Below the pieces are notes generated by a model. That model did no database searches, had not been told where the DNA came from, and worked only from the letters and a program-made list of their open reading frames with translations. Below, piece after piece: positions 49,365 to 59,363 of a stretch of 64,000 nt of DNA (position 1 is its first letter; every line of letters starts with the position of its first letter). The DNA is from Planctomycetota bacterium (GTDB taxonomy: Bacteria; Planctomycetota; B15-G4). The translations under genes and the position numbers were made by a program. The stretch covers positions 3,424,001 through 3,488,000 of the forward strand of contig CBDFJQ010000002.1 of the NCBI GenBank assembly GCA_965248575.1, given 5' to 3'.

Positions 49365-49828
49365 AGGAGTTCGATCTCTTCCTTCCTCTGTGAGCGTTCA
49401 CAGTAGTGACAACGAATGTGAAGCGGGTCCATCCTGACGACCACGAACTTGGTCTTGACGCGATCTTCTTGCGAGATGCAGGAAGGGTTCCTGCAGAAGA
49501 TCAACTCTTCGATGATCTTCGGCGGCGTTGGTGAGAACTTCTCGACCACCTTGAAGTTACGAATGATGGAGAAGGACGCCCGCGGAGAGACCAGCGCGAT
49601 CTTCGCGACCTCCTTCGGCGTGACCTCCCGACGCTCGATCTTGATGATGTCCTTCTGACCCATCTTCGAACTCTCGAGGTTCATGCCGATGGTGACGGCG
49701 CCCTCGAAGTCGATGCCGAGAATGTCCAGGACCTTCAGCGCCGTGCCCGCCACGAGATGGTCGATCACGGTCCCTTCAGACAGCGCTGACACCCGGATCA
49801 GCGGCTTTGCAGCTTGCCCGTCGCTCAT
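49361..49828 (-). CDS. pyrI: aspartate carbamoyltransferase regulatory chain
   Basis: GTVIDH, N.ES.KMG.KDIIKIE, CRNPSCIS, CHYCE. Confidence 0.96.
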   Translation of the reverse strand: MSDGQAAKPLIRVSALSEGTVIDHLVAGTALKVLDILGIDFEGAVTIGMNLESSKMGQKDIIKIERREVTPKEVAKIALVSPRASFSIIRNFKVVEKFSPTPPKIIEELIFCRNPSCISQEDRVKTKFVVVRMDPLHIRCHYCERSQRKEEIELL

Positions 49829-50769
49829 CGCGAAATCCCCAGAAGCAGCGACAAGATCGCCTTTCGGACGGTGACGCCGTTCTTCGCCTGGCTGAAGTAG
49901 GCCGAGCCGGGGTAGTCGTCGAGGTCCGTGCTGATCTCATTGAGCCGCGGAAGCGGGTGCATCAAAGTGACATTGGCACCGATGCGCTCAATCGCTTCCC
50001 GATTGATGTGGTAGGCATTTTTAACTTTTTCGTACTCGATCGGATCGGGGAAACGCTCTTGTTGGATCCGGGTCGTGTAGATGATGTCGACATCGGAGGC
50101 GATGGAGAAGAAGTCCTCATCCTCGGTGTAGACGGTTCCGCGCGCGTCCAGTTCTTCAATGAAGTCCGGGGGCGTCCGCAACGACTGCGGCGAAACCAGG
50201 AAGATCTCGTTGTCGAAATGAGTCAGCGTCTCGATCAGGGAGTGCACGGTTCGGCTGTACTTGAGATCCCCAATGAAAGCGATCTTCAGGTTGTCGAGAC
50301 GACCCCGCTCCTGGCGGATGGTGTAGAGGTCGAGCAAGGTCTGGCTCGGATGCTGATTGGTGCCGTCTCCCGCATTGATGACCGGCAGCCGGGTGCTCTC
50401 AGACGCCAGGCGTGCGGCACCCTCCCGGGGGTGACGGATCAGGATCACGTCACAGTAGTTCTCCACCACCTTGATGGTGTCGGCCAGGGACTCACCCTTG
50501 GCAACGGATGAGAGGCGTCCATCTGCGAACCCCAGTGTCCCGCCACCGAGGCGCTGCATCGCCGCGGCGAACGACAGTTGCGTGCGGGTCGAGGGCTCGA
50601 AGAACAGGCTTGCGAGCACCTTGCCCTTGAGGATCGGCTCGTTGAAGCCTTCGTAGCGCACGGCTTCGTCAAGAAAGGCGAGCAGCTCATCGCGCTTGTA
50701 GTCGCGCATCGACACGAGGTCGCGACCAGCGAACGAGAGCGTGCCGGGGGCAGGGGCCGTCACGAGCAA
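49825..50769 (-). CDS. pyrB: aspartate carbamoyltransferase catalytic chain
   Basis: FFEPSTRT, KGESL.DT, NAGDG..QHPSQTLLD, GDLKYSRTVHS, TRIQ.ER, HPLPR. Confidence 0.97.
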   Translation of the reverse strand: MLVTAPAPGTLSFAGRDLVSMRDYKRDELLAFLDEAVRYEGFNEPILKGKVLASLFFEPSTRTQLSFAAAMQRLGGGTLGFADGRLSSVAKGESLADTIKVVENYCDVILIRHPREGAARLASESTRLPVINAGDGTNQHPSQTLLDLYTIRQERGRLDNLKIAFIGDLKYSRTVHSLIETLTHFDNEIFLVSPQSLRTPPDFIEELDARGTVYTEDEDFFSIASDVDIIYTTRIQQERFPDPIEYEKVKNAYHINREAIERIGANVTLMHPLPRLNEISTDLDDYPGSAYFSQAKNGVTVRKAILSLLLGISR

Positions 50770-50842
50770 GTCTCCAAGATAGACCTGACGCCAAGCCGAC
50801 CATCGAACCAGGGGTCGAGCTGCGCGCCAGCCAGGAAGTGTA

Positions 50843-51535
50843 TCAAGGAGCCGGCGCCATCACCGCCTGGCGGGCCCGTTCTTCAGCCTCTGCCATGGCT
50901 TTCTCGAGTCGCTCTCGATAGACGGTTTCGAGCTCCTCTCGCGGAGTACCCCGCGGCACGTGCAGCTCGTCGCCAAAGGCCACGACGACCCTGCTCAGGG
51001 GTTTGCCGATGACGAGCCGATCCCAGCTGTTGAGGTGCCACGCACGGTCCACCCAGAGACCCATGGGGACGATCGGCAAGCCCGTCAAGCTCGCCGTGAA
51101 CAGGACGCCAGGCTTGGCCACTCGGCTAGGCCCCTTGGGCCCGTCGATGGTCACGACCAGGTCTGCCTCGCCCTCCCGGGCAGCGCGAGCGAAGTCGCGC
51201 AGGGCCTTGGACCCCCCGCGTGTGCTGGATCCTCGGACGAGCTCAAAGCCACGCCGGGCGAGCATCTTGGCGATGATCTCGCCGTCGCGATGGTTGCTGA
51301 CCATCACCGAGTTGCCCTGCCCTTGGAGTGGCACGCAGCCGTGCCACAGCTGGCAGTGCCACGCGGCGTAGATGCAGCGGCCCGGCTGACCGTTCCGCCG
51401 CCGCTCCGCGTACGTCGGCGTCAGAAGGCGTTGCCGACAGACTGCCGTCAGAAGCCAGTTCATGAACCCCGCCACGATGCTGACGAGGGTCTGCTTCAGC
51501 GGGCTCTCGGGTTTGCTTTTCCTCTCACCGGGCAT
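50843..51535 (-). CDS. DUF374 lysophospholipid acyltransferase family protein
   Basis: WH, S.HRDGE, VRGSS.RGG, DGPKGP, SWDR. Confidence 0.88.
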   Translation of the reverse strand: MPGERKSKPESPLKQTLVSIVAGFMNWLLTAVCRQRLLTPTYAERRRNGQPGRCIYAAWHCQLWHGCVPLQGQGNSVMVSNHRDGEIIAKMLARRGFELVRGSSTRGGSKALRDFARAAREGEADLVVTIDGPKGPSRVAKPGVLFTASLTGLPIVPMGLWVDRAWHLNSWDRLVIGKPLSRVVVAFGDELHVPRGTPREELETVYRERLEKAMAEAEERARQAVMAPAP

Positions 51536-51640
51536 GACGAGAGGACGCTACCGCTTGGGCGCCTCGTGACCAAGGCGCATTGCCCGGCTCGGGCAAGAAT
51601 CGTCACGAGGCGCCCCTGAACGAGGGCTTTGCTTCGGGCC

Positions 51641-53827
51641 CTAGTTGAACTTCAGGACGTCGTCGCCTTCTCCACCGTTGTCCACGCCGTCTGGCCCGTT
51701 GCTCCAAAGCTTCGGCTTCGCGCGGGACTTGCCTGGAGGCGCCTCAAGGGCGAAATGGTAGCTGTTGCCCCAGGGATCCACGGGAAGCGTGTCCCGGGGC
51801 AGGGCCCCATCCTCATAGTCGGGCAACGGTGCCAAGAGATCTTCGAGGCTCTCGGGGTATCCGCCAGTCGTGATCTTGTAGACGGTGCACGCGGCCTTGA
51901 GTTCGCGGAGATCGATGGTCGCCTGCTCGGCGGGATCGATCGCCTGCTCCGCTTCCTCAATCTGGATGCCCTCTGCCCTTCCGATGCCCACCAAACAGGC
52001 CACGATGGCCAGGGGCACGAAGTCAGCAGCCTGGAACTGAGAGACGGAGCTCGAAACGATGTAGCCGTTGCTGTCCGTGTACGTCGCTGAGTAGCTCTCG
52101 GTGAGGTGTTGGGCGACAGCTTGCTCCGGGGGCAGCTTGGAGAAATCGACCGGCACGTCACCGGCCATCGCCCCCACCATGGGCAGGAATCCGGCAATCT
52201 GGCCGTACTGCGTCCTGAAGCTGGCATCCGTGTCCGTGAAGCTCACGGACGCGAGCTGGGCGTCCTTCCCGAGGCTGTCGAGGAAACTCGCCAAGCCGGG
52301 GTTCGTGTCCAGGGTCTCGCCCTGCGCAGTGCCCGCGTTGAGGGTGCTCTTCAGGCGGCGCACCTGGTTGGAGAACACCATCTGGCCCTCCTTCACGGCG
52401 AAGGCTGGCTGCATGACGGCACCCACCGGCGTCGCCGAGAGATCCAGCTCGTAGATGGTCCCGCCTTCGTGATCAGAGGATGTGAGCCTCACGGGCATGC
52501 CGGCCTCATCGGAGACCAGCTTTGCCAAGGCCTCCAGCACCGTCACCAGGCCCTGCTCGTTGTGCAGGTTCGTCTTGACCACCTGCTCGGGAGTCCCGGG
52601 GAAGCCCTGTCCAGGAATGCTGTAGGAAATCGAATCCCCGTGGAAGTTGCCCAGCAGGTCATCCCGCAAGCTCGCGCCGTTGAGATAGGCGTCGATCATG
52701 CCTTCGATCTCGCCCCGTGTACCGGGCTCCAGGGTCTCGACCGCCTCCATGGTGAAGTCGTAGATGGCGACGAGTTCGGTGCCCATGGTCCAGAAGCTGG
52801 CGCCCAAGGCTTCGTTCGGCACCTGGGTGATGAGCTGGCGGTCAATGGAGCCGCCAGCCTTCACCATCCCAGGAACCAGTCCGGGGGCAGAGCTGTCGAT
52901 GGAGACTGCTGACATCGTGTGAATCAGGCCGTCAGAACCCACGGACGACGTCCCACCGGCAACCTTGATGGCGTCGAGGCCGATGCTGGCGAAGAGCTCG
53001 GCGATAGACTGTGCCTGTTCGGGTTCGCCGGATTCGGCAGCGCGCATCGTGGCGCCCATCTGCACGATCTGCATCAGGCCGCCGACCCGGGCAAAGTTCG
53101 TTGAGCCTCCCATGCTTGAGCCACCGGTTGCTGCCAGGACCGCCTGGTAGTCCACGTCGGCCGCAAGGCTCGTGCCTTCCGGCGCGGTGCCCTGAAAGCG
53201 ATCAATTACGCCGAAGAGTGCGTCAGCGGAGAGACTGATGATCGCAGTGTCGCCCAAGAACGCCAGGTGAACGGCGAGCGGGGTCTCGGGAATCATCTTC
53301 GCCATGAAGTCGATTCCACCGTGGTTTCCTTCTTCCTGGGGTGCATCGAACGCCCCCCAGAGAGCCCGAAGCATGTCCACGTGCGAAGAATCGAAGAGCT
53401 CCAACCCCACGAGAAGACCGATGTCCGGGACAGGGTTGTCCTCGGAGGTCGGCATCGTGAAATGCGTCAGCGCAAGGAACGCCGCGCCGATGTTCATGCC
53501 CCCGGAAGCGGACGAATCGAAGTCCAACTTCACGTCCTGGGGAATGGACAAGCCTTCGCCCATTTCGTCCCCCATGGAACCTGCAGCTTCAGCCAGGATG
53601 CTGTTCAGGATCGACTCAGCCGCGGCAGTGGGCTTGTGCATGAACGCGCGCACTTCTGCTTCGCCGAGAATCTTCGCCATGGCGGTGTTCTCGGAAGCGG
53701 CCGCACCCGCCTTGATGCTGTCCGTCCCCATGTAGAGGAGGCTGCTCGACGGAAGAAGCTCCGCCGGGTCGGAGGCCGGCGACAGAGCCGCGGCCATGGC
53801 GAGCGTCAATGAGAGGGGGGCGATCAT
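51641..53827 (-). CDS. large secreted protein with C-terminal GspG/T2SSG pseudopilin-like domain
   Basis: Signal peptide (MIAPLSLTLAMAAALSPA); C-terminal Y....G.YP.SL..L...DPWG..Y...S.GPDG..GG..DD. Confidence 0.75.
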   Translation of the reverse strand: MIAPLSLTLAMAAALSPASDPAELLPSSSLLYMGTDSIKAGAAASENTAMAKILGEAEVRAFMHKPTAAAESILNSILAEAAGSMGDEMGEGLSIPQDVKLDFDSSASGGMNIGAAFLALTHFTMPTSEDNPVPDIGLLVGLELFDSSHVDMLRALWGAFDAPQEEGNHGGIDFMAKMIPETPLAVHLAFLGDTAIISLSADALFGVIDRFQGTAPEGTSLAADVDYQAVLAATGGSSMGGSTNFARVGGLMQIVQMGATMRAAESGEPEQAQSIAELFASIGLDAIKVAGGTSSVGSDGLIHTMSAVSIDSSAPGLVPGMVKAGGSIDRQLITQVPNEALGASFWTMGTELVAIYDFTMEAVETLEPGTRGEIEGMIDAYLNGASLRDDLLGNFHGDSISYSIPGQGFPGTPEQVVKTNLHNEQGLVTVLEALAKLVSDEAGMPVRLTSSDHEGGTIYELDLSATPVGAVMQPAFAVKEGQMVFSNQVRRLKSTLNAGTAQGETLDTNPGLASFLDSLGKDAQLASVSFTDTDASFRTQYGQIAGFLPMVGAMAGDVPVDFSKLPPEQAVAQHLTESYSATYTDSNGYIVSSSVSQFQAADFVPLAIVACLVGIGRAEGIQIEEAEQAIDPAEQATIDLRELKAACTVYKITTGGYPESLEDLLAPLPDYEDGALPRDTLPVDPWGNSYHFALEAPPGKSRAKPKLWSNGPDGVDNGGEGDDVLKFN

Positions 53828-54209
53828 GTTCTTGTTCTCCGGTGTGCGATGGATTGCGTGCCGCCCTGTTCCGAAGGCGAATGCGCGCAAGGGGCATAGC
53901 CGCTGACGTGCTGCGTTTCCAGCTCGCCGGACCCAGAACAGGAGAGGGGTCTCAAGCGGAGTGTCGTGACGCGCGCACCGTGAGCGACTGCTGATGATTG
54001 CCCACGATGTCGAACCTCCACAAGAGAGCCGATTCCCCTGACACCGAATCGACATCCAACATTGGGCTGTGGCCTTGTCGGATGAGTCCTCAGAGGTCAA
54101 CATGCTGCGACAAGCAGGAGTCGGTGCCCCTTGGGGCGATATGGGTCACAAACACCCATCAAAGTTTCTATAAAGTGACTGTAAATCATACGTAAAGGCA
54201 AGACACACG

Positions 54210-54578
54210 ATGAATCCTTGGTTCAAGCTAGCTCTCGGCGCCACTCTGGCCGCCATCGTCATCGTCTTCATCCGCGACTCCATGGCTCAAGGAGAGTCCG
54301 ATGCCTGGAGCCGCCTGGCCGAGGCTCGGGTTCAAGAAGACGCCGTGGAAGCGCTTGAGCGTGTTCGGGAGTCAGCGGACGGAACCGCCAGCGAACCCTG
54401 GGTCGCCTACGACCTCACGATGGCCCTCTACGACAAAGGCGGAGCTCAGGACCTGAAGCGCGCCGCTCAAGTTGCTCAGGCAGCTCTCACGGAGTACCCG
54501 GAACACGCCGTGAGCACGCTTCTCAAGGACCTCTTGCCTGCATTGAACTCATACGGCGCGGCAGCTGCAGGCTCGTAG
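54210..54578 (+). CDS. hypothetical membrane-anchored helical (TPR-like) protein
   Basis: N-terminal TM; helical body ending in L.EYP.H. Confidence 0.6.
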   Translation: MNPWFKLALGATLAAIVIVFIRDSMAQGESDAWSRLAEARVQEDAVEALERVRESADGTASEPWVAYDLTMALYDKGGAQDLKRAAQVAQAALTEYPEHAVSTLLKDLLPALNSYGAAAAGS

Positions 54579-54670
54579 TCGGCGTTCTCGTTCGCCGACC
54601 AGCCCTGTCATAAGCCAATCAGTAGCAGGCTGTTACAGCTTCTTGGACCCCCAGGTGCGAGCGGGGCCCG

Positions 54671-55561
54671 CTAGCCCTCGACCGTCTCACCAGCTGTCAT
54701 GAGCAGGTGAATCAAGCGGTCGCGGTCCTCATCCGAGAAGAAGGCGAAACTGACGTCGCCTCGACCACCGCGATCCACGATGCGGACCTTGGTCCCGAAC
54801 CTGAGGCGCAGCTCATCCTCATAGTGCTTCCGGTGCTTGAGCTCCGGTGCCGTACCCGAGTCGCCTTGGGCTGCCTTGCTGCCACGCGACTTGCGGGCTG
54901 CCGGAGGCTGCCCTCCGCGGACCGACTGCTCGACCTGACGCACCGACCAGCGATCCCGGATCGCAGTCTCAGCGATCTCGGCCATTCGTTCGGGGCTGCC
55001 AGCAGCCAGGAGAGCCCTAGCCTGCCCGGCAGAAAGATCCCCGCCTGCCAGGTGATCTCGAACAGAGTCGGGCAGATCCAGCAGCCGGAGCGAATTCGTC
55101 ACGGAGGCCCGACTCTTACCCACTTGCTCGGCAAGCTCCTGGTGAGTCACCCCTGTGCTGAGCAAGAGCTGTTTGTAGGCCGCCGCTTCATCCAACGGGG
55201 TGAGGTTCTCCCTTTGAATGTTCTCGATCAGGGCAAGCTCGAGTGAACGAACGCCCTCGGCGTCAATCACCGAGACCGGGATCGTCGTGCGCCCTGCGAT
55301 GTGGCTTGCCCGGAATCGCCGCTCGCCGGCTACGAGCTCGTATCCACTGTCGATCCGGCGAACAACGATGGGCTGCAGCACCCCGTGGTTCTCGATGGAG
55401 GTCGCCAGACCCTCCAAGGCGCGCTCATCCATGACATGGCGTGGCTGGTTGGGGTTGACCCGGATCTCAGACAGAGCGACTTCTGTGGTGCTTGAGGTCG
55501 ACTCCGGGCGGACTGTCCTAGATATCAGGCTGTCGAGCCCCCTACCCAATCTTGATTCCAC
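54671..55561 (-). CDS. parB: chromosome partitioning protein ParB/Spo0J
   Basis: RLGRGLDSLI, NPNQPR, GVLQPI, GERRFRA (CTP box), ENIQRENL, HTH QELAEQVGKSRASVTNSLRLL. Confidence 0.96.
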   Translation of the reverse strand: MESRLGRGLDSLISRTVRPESTSSTTEVALSEIRVNPNQPRHVMDERALEGLATSIENHGVLQPIVVRRIDSGYELVAGERRFRASHIAGRTTIPVSVIDAEGVRSLELALIENIQRENLTPLDEAAAYKQLLLSTGVTHQELAEQVGKSRASVTNSLRLLDLPDSVRDHLAGGDLSAGQARALLAAGSPERMAEIAETAIRDRWSVRQVEQSVRGGQPPAARKSRGSKAAQGDSGTAPELKHRKHYEDELRLRFGTKVRIVDRGGRGDVSFAFFSDEDRDRLIHLLMTAGETVEG

Positions 55562-55655
55562 GCTCAGCACCTCTTCCGTTGGTTCCGCTGCGCCCCAAGC
55601 CGGCACTCGGCGACGAACCGAAGATAAGCAGGCCAGGACGGGCAATCAACGTGAT

Positions 55656-55671
55656 GGTTTCACGTGAAACA
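55656..55671. other. parS centromere-like site
   Basis: GGTTTCACGTGAAACA, one mismatch to consensus TGTTTCACGTGAAACA, ~95 nt upstream of parB. Confidence 0.88.
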
Positions 55672-55747
55672 TCTCCCCGGCCCACGGAGGCAAAGGGAAC
55701 GGCACGCCGAACCGGGCAAAAGGAGCCCCTGGGGCTCCAGCCAGGGC

Positions 55748-57040
55748 CTAGGAACTCGTGCGCAGGTAGCTCAACTCATCGGGGAGCTCACCCAGCTCTC
55801 CCAGACCATGCTCGAACAGGATGAGCAGGTCGGCCAGCGATCTCGCGTCCCCGCGTGCCTGGACGGAAGAAGGGCGGGGGTGCTTTCCAGCCAGCATGAT
55901 CAAGCCCATGAGCGACAGAGCTGAGCAAGCCTCGCCTTCCAGAGAGATCTCAAGAGGAGTCCGGTGATGCCTTGCCACTTGCACAATCAGAGCCAGCGGG
56001 CGGGCGTGAAGGCTGACCCCCTTGGGCATTTGCAAGGAAACGGTCTGCTGCCCCGCAAAGGTCTCGATGATCTTCTGCGCAACCGGAGAGCAGCTCTCCA
56101 CGATCATGTAGGCCTGGCGCAGGCAGGTGTTCACCGCCACGTCGAGCACAGCCTCCTTGGAGACGAGCCGAGAGATCTCCGATTTCGCTCCTTGGTGGCG
56201 AATGTCGTTCTCATGCCGCTCGTAGAAGTGGACGAGCCCAGTGGCCATCTCGAGTAAGTGACGCGCCACAGAGACGTGGCCTCGCAGGTTCCTGAGCCAA
56301 GCGTGCTCCCCCTCAAGCGAGGTCAGAAGCACATAGGTGTCGTACATCGACTGGATGTTGTGGACAGCAGACTCATACCAGCGGCAGCGCTCCTCCGTGG
56401 CGTGTTCAGCCACATAGCGAGCCAAGCCCTCTGCAGGGCGCCGGTGGCCTAGCTCGAGCTGGCGACTGGCCTTGAGCACCGCCTGAAACCGACTGCCCAA
56501 CTCAGCGATGTGTTGTCGCTCGCCGCTCGACGCATCTGCATCCAGATTCCGGGGAAGGAGGCGCCGAACGGTCGGCTTCGGACCTTCCCAGACCTCCGCA
56601 GCCTTCCACGGAATCTTCAGGTCCTCAGCGCATGTCAGCAAGCCCCCACAGAGCGATATGAGCGCGCCCTCTAGAACATGGTCCGCTGCTTCCAAATCCT
56701 CTTGGAGCTGCTCCGTCTCACCGAGGAGCTGATAGCGAGAGATTCGGGAAAGCAGGTAGAGCCCGCTACTTCTGACCCTCGACAGACCACGCAAAGAGGC
56801 CACCAACTCCCCGAAGGTGGCAAACGTGCGATTCTCCCTCGCGCCGAAGTCGTCGAGGTAGGTCTCCAGCTCGTCCGCTGCTTCCCCCAACCGCGAAAGT
56901 GGGCCTGGCTGAGCAAGCTGCGTGGGGTCCTGGACCAGAGCCGCCACCATCTCCCCCAAGGGGGTCGCGATCTCTGAGAGCAAGGTGACGAAGTCCTCCT
57001 CAAGCAGGATGACATCGCGCGCGTGAATGGTCTGGTTCAT
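55748..57040 (-). CDS. large protein with C-terminal HPr phosphocarrier domain
   Basis: C-terminal SLHARP (His15 equivalent) and SALSLMGL (Ser46 equivalent); ~330-aa helical N-terminal region with HNIQSMYDTY and HFYERHE. Confidence 0.8.
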   Translation of the reverse strand: MNQTIHARDVILLEEDFVTLLSEIATPLGEMVAALVQDPTQLAQPGPLSRLGEAADELETYLDDFGARENRTFATFGELVASLRGLSRVRSSGLYLLSRISRYQLLGETEQLQEDLEAADHVLEGALISLCGGLLTCAEDLKIPWKAAEVWEGPKPTVRRLLPRNLDADASSGERQHIAELGSRFQAVLKASRQLELGHRRPAEGLARYVAEHATEERCRWYESAVHNIQSMYDTYVLLTSLEGEHAWLRNLRGHVSVARHLLEMATGLVHFYERHENDIRHQGAKSEISRLVSKEAVLDVAVNTCLRQAYMIVESCSPVAQKIIETFAGQQTVSLQMPKGVSLHARPLALIVQVARHHRTPLEISLEGEACSALSLMGLIMLAGKHPRPSSVQARGDARSLADLLILFEHGLGELGELPDELSYLRTSS

Positions 57041-57202
57041 AGGTCTCGCTCCGTGCGGCGGGAGTCTATCACGCGCAGATTTTAGCCGTCCCGGACCCGA
57101 CCTCGTGGAATCTCGTCTCCGGCGAAGAACGACTCAAGCTCCCCTCCAATCCAGGCCGAAAACACGCTCTGGTAGGTTTCCTCCAGCCTCGGGCAAGCAC
57201 TC

Positions 57203-58045
57203 ATGGGTGACAGCAAGACTTCGAAACGCTCAGACCTGTCGATTGAGATCTACCTCAGGGAGATCAATCGAGTCAGTCTGCTCACCGCGGATGAAGAGAA
57301 GGCACTCGCCGTCAAGGTGCAGGCCGGCTGTCCAGAAGCTCGCGACCACCTTGCACTGTCCAACCTTCGGCTGGTCGTGAGCATCGCCAAGCGCTACATG
57401 AACCGTGGGTTGAGCCTGCTAGACCTCATTGAGGAGGGAAACGTCGGGCTCATGCGGGGTGTCGAGAAGTTCGACCCCAATGCCAACTGCCGGTTCTCGA
57501 CCTACGCGACCTGGTGGATCAAGCAGTCAATCCGACGAGCCCTGACCAACACCGTCAAGACGGTCCGTATCCCGTCCTACATGGTGGAGCTCATGTCCCG
57601 CTGGCAGCAGACCACCAACAAGCTTTTGCTGAGCTTGGGTCGTGAGCCAACTCCGGAAGAGATTGCCGAGGACATGGAGATCAAGGCCGAGTCCGCTGCC
57701 TCGATCCAAGGAGCCCTCAAGACCGCCTCCCGCTACACGCAGTCGTTCTCCACGGACGACAAGTCCGGCAAGCTCGCGGACGTGATCGTGGACCCGAACT
57801 CACCGGACCCCCGAGAAACACATCTGCAGGACACCGAGCTGACCAGAATGATGGGTCACCTCGAGTGCCTGGATGACCGCCAGCAGAAGATCCTGAGGAT
57901 GCGCTTTGGCCTTGGATATGATGACGCCATGACGCTGAAGGAGATCGGGCACGAAATGGGCCTGACTCGTGAGCGCGTCCGTCAGATCCAAAACGAAGCC
58001 CTCACAAAGCTCTTCTCCGCGATGAACGAAGGAGAGCCCGTCTAA
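57203..58045 (+). CDS. RNA polymerase sigma70 factor (RpoD/RpoS-like, lacking region 1.1)
   Basis: [44 protein letters not shown]...[10 protein letters not shown]. Confidence 0.95.
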   Translation: MGDSKTSKRSDLSIEIYLREINRVSLLTADEEKALAVKVQAGCPEARDHLALSNLRLVVSIAKRYMNRGLSLLDLIEEGNVGLMRGVEKFDPNANCRFSTYATWWIKQSIRRALTNTVKTVRIPSYMVELMSRWQQTTNKLLLSLGREPTPEEIAEDMEIKAESAASIQGALKTASRYTQSFSTDDKSGKLADVIVDPNSPDPRETHLQDTELTRMMGHLECLDDRQQKILRMRFGLGYDDAMTLKEIGHEMGLTRERVRQIQNEALTKLFSAMNEGEPV

Positions 58046-58049
58046 GCAC

Positions 58050-59363
58050 TTGCCAGACCTGCTCGACCGCGGCCCACCTTCCTCTTTACGCAATCTGTAT
58101 GTGCACGTGCCCTTCTGCACGGACCGCTGCACCTATTGCGCTTTTGCGACGATCGCCAACAAGCCCGATCTGCATCAGGGCCTGATAGACGCCCTGATCG
58201 CCGAGTATGACCGGGTTTCACTGAAACCAGACGGTCTCGAGACCGTCTACATCGGTGGGGGAACTCCGGGGCTTCTCGCCCCACGGCACTTGCAGCAGCT
58301 CCTCGATGCGCTGACCAAGGTCGGTCCGCTCCAGGACGACGCTGAGGTCACTCTCGAGGTCAACCCGGACAACGTTCGCTTGGAATCCCTGGCGGCCTGG
58401 ACCGAGCTGGGAGTCACTCGACTCTCCATGGGCATCCAAACTTTCCACGACGCAACCCTGTCCCGCCTGGGACGCCACCACGACGGAGCCAGGGCCAAGC
58501 AGGCCCTTCAGCTCATCGCGGACAACTGGACGGGAACCTGGTCGGCCGACCTGCTCGTGGGTTGGGAGAACCAGACTCCTGACCACCTGCAATCAGATCT
58601 TCAGTCGCTCGTTGCCTACACGCCGCCGCACGTTTCCGTGTACGGACTCACCCTCGAACCGGGAACGCCTTTGTGGCATGTACACCAAATTGGTCGCAAA
58701 CAGCCACTAAACAGCGTGGAAAGTGCGCTGTTGGATGATATTTGGCAATCAACACTGACATACCGGGGGTATGAGCGGTATGAGGTCTCCAACTTCGCCA
58801 AGCCCGGTGGGAGAAGTCGGCACAACCAAGCCTATTGGTCAAATAGGGACTACTTAGGCATAGGTCCTGGGTCATCGAGCTCACAACACCCCTTCAGGTG
58901 GAGCAACGTTCGAGACACGGGCCACTACATGCGCCTGCTCGAATCCGGGATGGGCACAAAGAGCTGGATAGAACGACTGGCCCCCCCGGAGAGGCTGCTG
59001 GAGAGCCTTGCTGTGGGCCTTCGAACCAAGGATGGGCTACCGACATCCGAACTCGACCGCCGCTTCGGACCCTCGTGGAGAACCGAAATCGAGGCTGGCC
59101 TCGCTGAACTATCTCAGCTCGGTCTGCTCGAGGAGGTCGAACCCGGAGATGCTCGCGCATTGGAGCGGCGGCTGCGCGTCCCGCCTTCCGCACTGACCCG
59201 CGCCGACAGCATTGCCGGCGTCTTGGCTCGAACCTTTCGGGATCTAGAACATCAGACTGCGCACGCCGATCCAGAAGGCGTGCAGCCACGCCCCACCGTG
59301 CAATTTCGGAGTGGGTTGGATATGACCAAAGACCCGACCGCCCCCGAGAGCAAGACACCATGA
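58050..59363 (+). CDS. hemW: radical SAM heme chaperone HemW
   Basis: LYVHVPFC...C.YC.F, IGGGTP, E.NP, YEVSNFA, SRHN..YW. Confidence 0.9.
   Translation: MPDLLDRGPPSSLRNLYVHVPFCTDRCTYCAFATIANKPDLHQGLIDALIAEYDRVSLKPDGLETVYIGGGTPGLLAPRHLQQLLDALTKVGPLQDDAEVTLEVNPDNVRLESLAAWTELGVTRLSMGIQTFHDATLSRLGRHHDGARAKQALQLIADNWTGTWSADLLVGWENQTPDHLQSDLQSLVAYTPPHVSVYGLTLEPGTPLWHVHQIGRKQPLNSVESALLDDIWQSTLTYRGYERYEVSNFAKPGGRSRHNQAYWSNRDYLGIGPGSSSSQHPFRWSNVRDTGHYMRLLESGMGTKSWIERLAPPERLLESLAVGLRTKDGLPTSELDRRFGPSWRTEIEAGLAELSQLGLLEEVEPGDARALERRLRVPPSALTRADSIAGVLARTFRDLEHQTAHADPEGVQPRPTVQFRSGLDMTKDPTAPESKTP

Noticed and set aside
54100..54209. AT-rich patch near parB as possible oriC
   Set aside because: No DnaA boxes (TTATCCACA) seen; better explained as a promoter region.
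58214..58228. GGTTTCACTGAAACC, parS-like palindrome inside hemW
   Set aside because: One central base short of the 16-bp parS spacing and inside a CDS.
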